From Candidatus Latescibacterota bacterium (GTDB lineage Bacteria > Latescibacterota > UBA2968): 64,000 nucleotides of DNA. The stretch is from contig OZ244960.1 of assembly GCA_965222605.1 (NCBI GenBank), positions 2,368,001 through 2,432,000 of the forward strand, given 5' to 3'. Positions 39,101 to 46,126 of this stretch are shown piece after piece. A program made the translations under genes and the position numbers. Position 1 is the stretch's first letter; each line of letters opens with the position of its first letter. The notes beneath the pieces were generated by a model. That model was given only the letters and a program-made list of their open reading frames with translations, was not told the DNA's origin and searched no databases.

Positions 39101-39561
39101 TAACGGCTTCCCCAAATTTTGTACAGTTCTCTCGCAACATCACTATACGAATCTGCACTTTCAACCCGCATGTTGTAATTCTGGCGATCAACGCCTTTAA
39201 CCCGAAAAACCTTAAAACCAGCCAATCGAAAATAGTATCCATTGTCAATGGCCTCGAGCATTTGATCGCGGGTTTGATCAACTATGTGAAGCGTTGACAT
39301 AGACTTTTCTTCTACCCTCATAACTTTGCCGCGAAACGGGTGATTGGCAAAATCATCCCCGAGACTGCCTCCCTTAATGTGCATCCTGTTGCCAAAGGTA
39401 TCGCGCGTTGGCGGCGGCGACTCGCGCAGCGAATATTCTGGATAATCCGCCACCCTGTGAAAAAACGGATACACAGTCGGTTGCGCCATCGCCATGCCAG
39501 TGCTTGCGGTCGCGACAACCGCAAATGCCAACATGCCCATCCGATGCCCAATCTTTTTCAT
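36172..39561 (-). CDS. Large secreted hypothetical protein (1129 aa), possibly carbohydrate-active
   Basis: Signal peptide (MKKIGHR...AMA-QP); TPIALLVD and VRGGGQFVV resemble GH42 trimerisation-type folds. Confidence 0.6.
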   Translation of the reverse strand: MKKIGHRMGMLAFAVVATASTGMAMAQPTVYPFFHRVADYPEYSLRESPPPTRDTFGNRMHIKGGSLGDDFANHPFRGKVMRVEEKSMSTLHIVDQTRDQMLEAIDNGYYFRLAGFKVFRVKGVDRQNYNMRVESADSYSDVARELYKIWGSRYLGMHFGESDMSYLNLSHGHVFPFSRTRIGQTADFLDHYQWYGQQTGNRILSHHNGSLWQYAGSDAATALLGAQCFYRNSINPRVHYAFIRGMGKQYGLLWQGSHSGNPFWLTEKHKRHLEKKILAAGASLEPNAPFEKYNLREPAGRERRIYFHKVSDAESSVSAMRRLLYTMYMWNGVFMGWETGALKRGYNEAPELSPTGYMFNQFLKFQDKYGTPGVMQTPIALLVDYHCGWRAPEVKREAVTFRVWTKLPYRAGDHLLLNLFNMLYPGHTNNSLHNSQRYFLPDTPYGDAADVLTHDVRPEVLKRYGVVVAANDLASDPLYTADKVEDYVRGGGQFVVTAENAGKMWPQWRITLLYEIKAGMTLAYRDRENIVEPNSFSFFTANNIPAGASVISTVEGKPLVYEIALGEGKITLVMSAFGINREALSYAWPDREDIQKHHQGYTTEFDDLFNNDRMLPYPYVLTEHMRCVLDAAFRSQQLFSVGDGLSHIANRLGDGEYLVGIFNDALDTRPFKIQSHVGEIDAITERELLDLDLKREAFFFPHEFEDKLKQQVDDAHYISGSNVRIFHVKLKEEKVKQLAEMKPKAQPRGQYVKVHSVAHATQLLRVWPMFIQHLSGFVFSPEALLDYNARYLREASRLFNRNKVEIRVDAHGCSEKERVEILEKMKLFHRAELLGDDGATVYDRDYQSFDQLYTDMQGATYRDWKTAPYRSEPKGKVEKQNANRYIVVRENIRSIANAVAHVDGFFDTFGGVIIDSGYLYAASDARIAKDMDFILRTGVSVVLDFSSAMQGYKEITFMPQQIYQYEWTQTYLKDVFSKMKQLRLRDALILPARLGPDKQAFQSGVENCARLARTAGVTLHWRNSVRMNLNRLRSALNALDIPNCKVALSTITTQGASSLRAELPEDIDFILLGRSSTAYSNNVILPLSSGVGKPLNIEAVTQSGKAVVLDAKYLSSAELERDLKMLSWR

Positions 39562-39594
39562 CTCGGATTCCCTGTTTGCACCGCGTGCGACCTA

Positions 39595-40377
39595 CTACAT
39601 CCCCTCCCAATACTCCCACATATCATCCGGATCTTCAAATTTCAAATCATCCCAATTCGTCCATCGAAAACGCGTAATAATTGCCATGCGAATTTCATCG
39701 CTACAATTCACACTCGCGCTATGAACCAAATGACTATGCCAGAGCATCGCGGTTCCCGCAGGCCCGGAAATCTCCTCGTAATTCTCTTCATCCCAGTCGA
39801 GAATCTCCAGCGGCCTCGTCGAACGCGGTTCCCCTTCGTAAATCGGCAAATCGTAAAACGACTTACCCAGACTCACGCGCGAATGGGTCTTAAAATAGTC
39901 CGCCATGTACTTATGCGTACCCGGCCACACACAGGTACCACCACCCTGACGCTTCACATCATTGAGATACAGCGTAATACCCACCGTCCAATTATTCACA
40001 ACACCGCTGCCAAGCCCGTGACCGTCCATGTGATTGCCCCTGGGATCTTCCCATTTGCCATATTGTGGAAACCGCAAATTTGCCGATGTAGTTTGTGCAT
40101 GCAAAGGCGCCAAACGATCTTTGCCAGCCAACTCTTCAACCATGTCGTACAGAGGCGAATCGTAAACCAACGCGTGAAACTCCGCCTGACCATCCATCCC
40201 CTGAGACCCCTCTTTCCCGCCCTGTACCCACGTAGAAGGATCATTGCGATCCACATGCAAATGATCCCAAACCACATCTCGCGCGGCTTCCATCTGTTCG
40301 GGCGTCACCACATCGCGTTTGATCACATAGCCCTTCTCCCGAAACACCTCTTTATCATCACCTGTCAAATACGCCAT
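39595..40377 (-). CDS. Phytanoyl-CoA dioxygenase (PhyH) family Fe/2OG enzyme
   Basis: FREKGYV, HMD, GGGTCVWPGTH, LVHSAS..N...R. Confidence 0.88.
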   Translation of the reverse strand: MAYLTGDDKEVFREKGYVIKRDVVTPEQMEAARDVVWDHLHVDRNDPSTWVQGGKEGSQGMDGQAEFHALVYDSPLYDMVEELAGKDRLAPLHAQTTSANLRFPQYGKWEDPRGNHMDGHGLGSGVVNNWTVGITLYLNDVKRQGGGTCVWPGTHKYMADYFKTHSRVSLGKSFYDLPIYEGEPRSTRPLEILDWDEENYEEISGPAGTAMLWHSHLVHSASVNCSDEIRMAIITRFRWTNWDDLKFEDPDDMWEYWEGM

Positions 40378-41822
40378 CACACACTCCTTCCATCTGCGAT
40401 ATACCGCTCGACCATCTCCCTGAATTCGCGCACAACACCCGGTTCGCGGTTGAACAGATTATACGACTCAAACGGATCATCTCTCATGTGATAAAGCTGA
40501 CCCCTTGACCCCGGCACAGGACCCGTACCCGCACACCCATCCACACCACGCCCGCTATCCCCGGAATTATCACAATCGACAATCAACTTCCAATCCCCTC
40601 GCCGAATCGAAAACACCCCCATGCAGGAATGGTGTATCAGATCATTGCGAACAAGCTCGTTCTCATCCTTCAATGCGGGCAAAAAACTCGCACTATCTTC
40701 GCCCGCATTCTCCTCACCCACAATATCCGCCACAGTCGCCATAAAATCCTGCAGCCCGACCAACGCATCGCAAACCGAATTGGGCGCAACAACACCCGGC
40801 CAGCGCGCGATAAACGGCTCTCTGTGTCCGCCCTCCCAGATAAACCCCTTAAAACCGCGCCAATCACCGCAGGACTTATGGCCATACGTGCGACCATTAC
40901 ACCCGGGCAATGCACCATTGTCACTCGTCACTATAACCAGCGTATCATCCGCCAAACCACAGCGATCCAGCGCATCCATCACCTGCCCCACCATCCAGTC
41001 AAACAGCGCGACCATATCCCCCCGGGGACCTGCCTCACTCGCACCGCGCAAAAACTCCGGCACACACGCAACCGTACACGGTTCATGCGGCGCAGAAGCC
41101 GCCAGATAAAGAAAAAAGGGCTTATCTTCATCCTGCGCCCGCTCCTCAATATACGCCACAGCTTTCTCAGTAAAAATCGGATCCGCTTCCTTGTGGTCCC
41201 AATCCGGAACCATCAAACCGCGCCGACCACCCGCCATCTCAACCGGCTTCTGTACACTCGGAATACCCACCGTCTGATCCTGATCGATAAAACAATAAGG
41301 CGGCTGCGCCGTCGAACAACCCGATGTTCCGTAAAATCTGTCAAATCCCAATTCAACGGGTCCACCCGTAATCGGCTTTGAAAAATCGATCTTATCTTCC
41401 TCCACCGGATCAGGTGACCCACCCGGCCAGGGCAAAGGCAGATCAAAATCAAACACCTCACCATCCTTCACCCCCCAGCCCAAACCCAAATGCCACTTGC
41501 CAAAACACCCCGTGTGATATCCACATCTTTTCAACAAAGAAGCCACCGTCACGCGCTCGGGTTCAATCAATGGCAGTTCGTAATTGAACAATACATGGCT
41601 CTTCAGTTCTGTGCGCCAGCAATAACGCCCGGTCAAAATGCCGTATCGCGTGGGCGTACACACCGCCGAAGGCGAATGTGCATCCGTAAACCGCATCCCC
41701 TCACGCGCCAACCGATCCATATATGGCGTGGGGATTTTCGACTGCGGATTATAACACCCCACATCGCCATAGCCCATGTCATCGGCGAGGATATAAACAA
41801 TATTCGGACGTGTATTTGACAT
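40377..41822 (-). CDS. Arylsulfatase
   Basis: PNIVYILADDMGYGD, CTPTRYGILTGRY, GKWHLG, TSDNG, WEGGHR. Confidence 0.93.
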   Translation of the reverse strand: MSNTRPNIVYILADDMGYGDVGCYNPQSKIPTPYMDRLAREGMRFTDAHSPSAVCTPTRYGILTGRYCWRTELKSHVLFNYELPLIEPERVTVASLLKRCGYHTGCFGKWHLGLGWGVKDGEVFDFDLPLPWPGGSPDPVEEDKIDFSKPITGGPVELGFDRFYGTSGCSTAQPPYCFIDQDQTVGIPSVQKPVEMAGGRRGLMVPDWDHKEADPIFTEKAVAYIEERAQDEDKPFFLYLAASAPHEPCTVACVPEFLRGASEAGPRGDMVALFDWMVGQVMDALDRCGLADDTLVIVTSDNGALPGCNGRTYGHKSCGDWRGFKGFIWEGGHREPFIARWPGVVAPNSVCDALVGLQDFMATVADIVGEENAGEDSASFLPALKDENELVRNDLIHHSCMGVFSIRRGDWKLIVDCDNSGDSGRGVDGCAGTGPVPGSRGQLYHMRDDPFESYNLFNREPGVVREFREMVERYIADGRSV

Positions 41823-41823
41823 G

Positions 41824-42228
41824 CTAAACCCTCATATTGACCCACGGTTCATCCCCCGACACATCAACCAACACCTCACCATCGAATTTAGCGGGAGACA
41901 AAATCGCCAGAAATACCAGATCCTCATCCCCGGCATTATACGTCCCATGCACCATATCCATCGGAATATGCGCCGCATCTCCCGGTCCCAAAATTCGTGA
42001 ATCCCTATTCACCCACTGTTCTGCTGTTCCCGAAATCACATAAATAATCTCTTCCATACACGGATGGCGATGAAACGCGTGCGCCTTGCCCGGCGGCATC
42101 GTCACCCGCACCAGCAACAAATGACCTGCCTCGGTCAATCCCTCCCGACTGATCCACTCATGCGGTCCCCACGGCAATTCATCCACCTGCACATCGTCCT
42201 GCGTGATAAACCTGAGTACATCTGACAT
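41824..42228 (-). CDS. Cupin domain protein
   Basis: HAFHRHPCMEEIIYVISG; GDAAHIP..MVHGTYN. Confidence 0.88.
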   Translation of the reverse strand: MSDVLRFITQDDVQVDELPWGPHEWISREGLTEAGHLLLVRVTMPPGKAHAFHRHPCMEEIIYVISGTAEQWVNRDSRILGPGDAAHIPMDMVHGTYNAGDEDLVFLAILSPAKFDGEVLVDVSGDEPWVNMRV

Positions 42229-42321
42229 GATTATCTCCTCAACGGAGTTTATAGAGCGTCACGCCCTGCCTTCTCCAAATAAGCCTCTAATTAGCCAGAA
42301 TTAGCCAATTGACCACGCGCA

Positions 42322-43698
42322 TCACTCCTGCGGCAATTCCTCGGCACTAATATCGATCTCCTCGATCAACCGCGCCAGATCTGCTTCCACTTCTGCCTGC
42401 GCATCGGCATACGCCGGATCGCCGTACACACTCGTCATCTCCCAGGGATCCTTCTCCAAATCGAACAAATCGCGCTCGCCGGTTCGATGTACTGCAAGCG
42501 TATAATTTTGCGTACGCACGCCATAGTGCTTGGTCGGCCCATCCCAATACGCATAAAAAGCCGACTGCCGCCAATCCTCTATCGTCTCTCCCTCGCACAA
42601 AGCGCGAAAACTTCGGCCCTGCACCTCTGCATCGGGTTGCAACCCGGCAAAATCGAGATACGTCGCACCAAAATCCACATTTACCACAATATCCTCATTC
42701 ACCGAACCCGGCGCAATCACCCCCGGATACCGCATCACATAGGGCATGAGAAGCGACTCTTCCAAAATCAACCGCTTGTCAAAATACGAATGCTCGCCCA
42801 AAAACATACCCTGATCAGACGTATATACCACAATCGTATTCTCCGTCAACCCCTCCTCATCCAGATAATCTAGCAACCGCCCCACACCCTCATCAATCGC
42901 CGTAATACACCGCAAATAATCCTTCACATATTTCTGATAAGCCGCGTGAATCTTCTCGGCCGTACTCATCCCCGTTGTATCCAGCCGCCCAGTAGGCCAC
43001 TCCCTTCCCCGCAGACCCTCATCCATCCGCTCGGCCTGCGAGAGCATCGTGCGATGATGATCCTCCAACGCGCTGGACACCTTGTCAAACGGCTTGTACA
43101 AATTCAACGGCTCGGGCACATCCCCATCCGCAAACAAATCCGCATGCCGGGGCGCATATTCCCACAAACCATGGGGAGCTTTGTGATGGCACAGCATCAA
43201 AAAGGGCTTGTCCGGATCGCGCGCCTTCAACCAATTGAGCGACAAATCCGTAATAATATCCGTCGCATACCCCTCATACTGCGTTGGCTCGCCATTGCGC
43301 GTAAACGACGGATCAAAATAAGCACCCTGCCCCGGCAACACCTCCCAATAATCAAATCCATCCGGATCAGACCCCAAATGCCACTTACCCGCAATACCCG
43401 TTTGATAACCAGAAGCCTGCAACTGCCGCACAAAATTGGGATGATCGTCACTCAGAGGTTGATTCAACCGCAACACCCCATTTTTATGACTATATTGCCC
43501 CGTAATAATACTCGCCCTGCTCGGCGAACACAGCGCGTTATTGCATATACAATTATTAAACCGCATGCCCTCTTCAGCAATGCGGTCAATATTCGGTGTA
43601 TCCACCACCTCATTCAGCCATCCGTTATAACAACTGATGGCATTCACGGTATGGTCATCAGACATAATATAGAGAATATTGGGACGCGAATCAGACAT
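42322..43698 (-). CDS. Sulfatase (N-acetylglucosamine-6-sulfatase-like)
   Basis: PNILYIMSDDH, CSPSRASIITG, HHKAPH, TSDQG; GGAGG RBS before ATG 43698. Confidence 0.92.
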   Translation of the reverse strand: MSDSRPNILYIMSDDHTVNAISCYNGWLNEVVDTPNIDRIAEEGMRFNNCICNNALCSPSRASIITGQYSHKNGVLRLNQPLSDDHPNFVRQLQASGYQTGIAGKWHLGSDPDGFDYWEVLPGQGAYFDPSFTRNGEPTQYEGYATDIITDLSLNWLKARDPDKPFLMLCHHKAPHGLWEYAPRHADLFADGDVPEPLNLYKPFDKVSSALEDHHRTMLSQAERMDEGLRGREWPTGRLDTTGMSTAEKIHAAYQKYVKDYLRCITAIDEGVGRLLDYLDEEGLTENTIVVYTSDQGMFLGEHSYFDKRLILEESLLMPYVMRYPGVIAPGSVNEDIVVNVDFGATYLDFAGLQPDAEVQGRSFRALCEGETIEDWRQSAFYAYWDGPTKHYGVRTQNYTLAVHRTGERDLFDLEKDPWEMTSVYGDPAYADAQAEVEADLARLIEEIDISAEELPQE

Positions 43699-43723
43699 AA
43701 AAATTTCCTCCATATTTACACGA

Positions 43724-44032
43724 TTAGACATACACAATACTTTCTTTGATATTCTGAGCAACGTGCGGAATTCGAATCCCTTGAATACCAGCATCTGTCA
43801 GGACATCTACCCGTTTGCCCAGGATAGCCTCAAGATATTCGCTAAACTCAATGAACCGAAAACCTATTGGATGTTCAAATTCCACAACAAGGTCAATGTC
43901 ACTCGATTCAGTGGGCGTGCCTTTCGCATAAGACCCGAACAAACCAATTCTCTTAACCCCGTACTCAGACGCCAGATACGGACTGTTTTCCAAGAGAATA
44001 TCTGCGATTTTTTCTTTTGTCAACATCGCCAA
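43724..44032 (-). CDS. Minimal nucleotidyltransferase (MNT/MntA-type antitoxin), orphan
   Basis: GLFGSYAKG..SDIDLVV, LGKRVDV; no intact HEPN partner downstream. Confidence 0.88.
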   Translation of the reverse strand: MAMLTKEKIADILLENSPYLASEYGVKRIGLFGSYAKGTPTESSDIDLVVEFEHPIGFRFIEFSEYLEAILGKRVDVLTDAGIQGIRIPHVAQNIKESIVYV

Positions 44033-44035
44033 TTT

Positions 44036-44336
44036 CTACCTTTCGTGATAAATTTTAAACCGATGTTCCCGCGCAAACTGTCCCGCGTGATCCTGGCCAA
44101 AACCAAAACGCGGATTATAATGACAAAAAATCCAATCCCTCGGATCGCCTCGCTCGCCCCGCAACTGAGGCGAAAAACTCCGCCCATCACACGGCATCCC
44201 TTCTGGAATGGGCGTATCGGCCAAATCCATCAGCGTCGGCAAAAAATCGCTAAAATCCACCAGATCATCCAACACCGGCGTTTTATATGTCGTACTCCCA
44301 TAACAACTCAAACACTCAAAACCCATATCATCTGCC
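44036..44336 (-). pseudogene. Sulfatase pseudogene, 3' part (internally deleted; split by the TnpB element)
   Basis: ADDMGFECLSCYGSTTYKTPVLD jumps directly to LVDFSDFLPTL...DGRSF. Confidence 0.85.
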
Positions 44337-44520
44337 GTGACTACTCCCAACGCTAACGCTCTCTGCGAGTGGGCTTCTTGGCAGTCAAGCCGCCTGACGT
44401 TGTAGCCCCAACGTCAAAATGTTTATGGCAGCATTGAGGTCTCTGTCTGCTGTATAGCCACACTTTTTGCAATGATGCACACGCTGGGAGAGTTTTTTCT
44501 TTTCTCTATGTCCACATGCC
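44321..44520 (-). ncRNA. Predicted TnpB omegaRNA (reRNA): scaffold overlapping the tnpB 3' end and right end, guide from the flank; 5' boundary approximate
   Basis: Established TnpB architecture; right-end hairpin ending in TCAC at 44337. Confidence 0.6.
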
Positions 44521-45509
44521 GAGCAATCTTGTGACGTGTATTCAGGCTTGACGGCCTTGAATCCAATACCAGCCTCTTCCGCTTTGTATTCGAGACAGTG
44601 CCGAAACAGGGACCATGCTGCGTCTGCTATTGATTTAGACAATCGCCTGTTCTTTTGCATTTTCTGGACTTTCAATTTTTCGACGGCTATGAAGCCGTAG
44701 CGATTGACCATTTTTCTTGATTCTTGATGGGCAAAGTTATGCCGCTTATTACGGATACGCTCATGCACTCTGGCAATTATTTTACGACGCTTTTCTTTTA
44801 CAACGTCAGTCTTGGGTCTTTTTTTCACTGCGTCCCATTTGCGCTGTGCTTTGGCAAGCGTCTTTTCCTCTTTGCGAAAAAATCGCTGGTTGGCTATTGC
44901 CTGTCCTTCACTGGTTACAGCAAAGGAATTGAGACCCACGTCAATGCCAACAGCAGAGTTAGTATCGGTTTTCTTACTTATGTCGCCAATATCACAAGGG
45001 ATAGATGCAAACCATTTACCCGTCGCCGTGCGAGTGATAGTGCAAGACTTAGGAATACCTTCAAGTGGTCTGTGCTGGACAACGCGAATACAGCCTATTT
45101 TGCTCAATCGCAAGCCCTTGCCGTCCAATCGGCAACCATTGGAAAACTGAGGATAGGTGATAGAATCATAGCGATTCTGTCCCTTATATCTGGGAAAGCC
45201 AGCTTTCTCGCCAGTCTTTGCCCTCTCTTTGACGCGACGAAAGAAACCTTTGAACGCCAAATCCACTCTTGCTGATACTTGTTGCAATACCTGACTATAT
45301 ACTTGCGTAAATTCAGCATGTTGTTGCTTCAGCAATGGTATCGTATTCGTCTGGTCATACTGGGACAAAGACTTATTCTCGTTTTTCCATGCTTGCTTTC
45401 TGGCGCAGAGGAGTTGATTGTAGAGAATGCGACATTCGTTAATATGCGCCAGCAAGATTCTTTCTTGCTTTTTCGTTGGTCGCAATCTATATTTGAATGA
45501 TTTAACCAT
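44385..45509 (-). CDS. tnpB: RNA-guided endonuclease TnpB
   Basis: FKYRLRPT HTH; GIDVG (RuvC-I D), VEKL (RuvC-II E), TSQDCSACG..CKKCG Zn ribbon, DRDLNAAINI (RuvC-III D). Confidence 0.95.
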   Translation of the reverse strand: MVKSFKYRLRPTKKQERILLAHINECRILYNQLLCARKQAWKNENKSLSQYDQTNTIPLLKQQHAEFTQVYSQVLQQVSARVDLAFKGFFRRVKERAKTGEKAGFPRYKGQNRYDSITYPQFSNGCRLDGKGLRLSKIGCIRVVQHRPLEGIPKSCTITRTATGKWFASIPCDIGDISKKTDTNSAVGIDVGLNSFAVTSEGQAIANQRFFRKEEKTLAKAQRKWDAVKKRPKTDVVKEKRRKIIARVHERIRNKRHNFAHQESRKMVNRYGFIAVEKLKVQKMQKNRRLSKSIADAAWSLFRHCLEYKAEEAGIGFKAVKPEYTSQDCSACGHREKKKLSQRVHHCKKCGYTADRDLNAAINILTLGLQRQAA

Positions 45510-45515
45510 AATAAA

Positions 45516-45544
45516 AATATATATTTATGTTCCGTTTCTGTCAA
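45516..45544 (-). promoter_or_regulatory. Sigma70-type promoter for a probably leaderless tnpB mRNA
   Basis: TTGACA-17 nt-TATATT-6 nt-ATG, with no Shine-Dalgarno sequence. Confidence 0.65.
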
Positions 45545-45706
45545 GTAAAACCAAAGGACGAATCTTGTTGATTCACCGCCCACATTGCCTTGTGCAATGT
45601 GCCGCCATGCTAAAGCACCACCCCATAAGCATGTCCCTGCGAAAGCAGGGATTCGCAAGCCCTTATATCCCAACGCTAAAGCTGTTGGGTTTTACGGGCT
45701 TGAAGG

Positions 45707-45735
45707 ATAATCAGCACAATATTCGGTCTCGCCAT
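45707..45735 (-). pseudogene. 5' stub of the TnpB-disrupted sulfatase (MARPNIVLI)
   Basis: GGAGGAG RBS, ATG at 45735, ends at TTAT next to the element's left end. Confidence 0.85.
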
Positions 45736-45894
45736 ACGCTCCTCCATTAAATAAACCTGAGCCAATTTAATGCGACAACATCTCTATATCAACTGTCTTC
45801 TGGCACCACTATGAATCTGGTTGACACACCAATGCCACAGATGATACCATATATTTATCGTGGAAACAGAAGAACAAAGGGAAGGGCACGCAAA

Positions 45895-46107
45895 ATGAAC
45901 ATTTCGCTCACTTCAACAGAACAAAGCTCTGGTGAACTGGCAAAAGACAATTTGGCAAATGCGATAGAGGCAATTCGAAAAGACGGCTATGTCATCATCG
46001 AGCAGGTGGTGGATCACGCGATACTCGACGCCCTCAAAACACGTTTCGAATACCTGTTTGAAATGGCGTGCAGAAAGATAAAAAAAGATCCCATGCGCGG
46101 CGTCTAA
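45895..46107 (+). pseudogene. Truncated or internally deleted PhyH-family gene
   Basis: Only 70 aa; typical PhyH N-terminus AIEAIRKDGYVIIEQVVD, catalytic core absent. Confidence 0.65.
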
Positions 46108-46126
46108 TCCGCTTCATTATCCCCAA

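Larger units (their letters stand above)
44337..45706 (-). mobile_element. IS200/IS605-family element with TnpB only (IS1341-like), 1370 bp
   Basis: Left-end hairpin CCCAACAGCTTTAGCGTTGGG; right end ...TAGCGTTGGGAGTAGTCAC; precise removal restores the frame MARPNIVLI-M-ADDMG. Confidence 0.92.

Noticed and set aside
42289-42310. AATTAGCCAG-AATTAGCCAA short direct repeat
   Set aside because: Only two units and no second occurrence in the window.
45329-45673. 114-aa ORF upstream of tnpB as a possible tnpA
   Set aside because: It has no HUH/Y1 or serine recombinase motifs and overlaps tnpB and its promoter.
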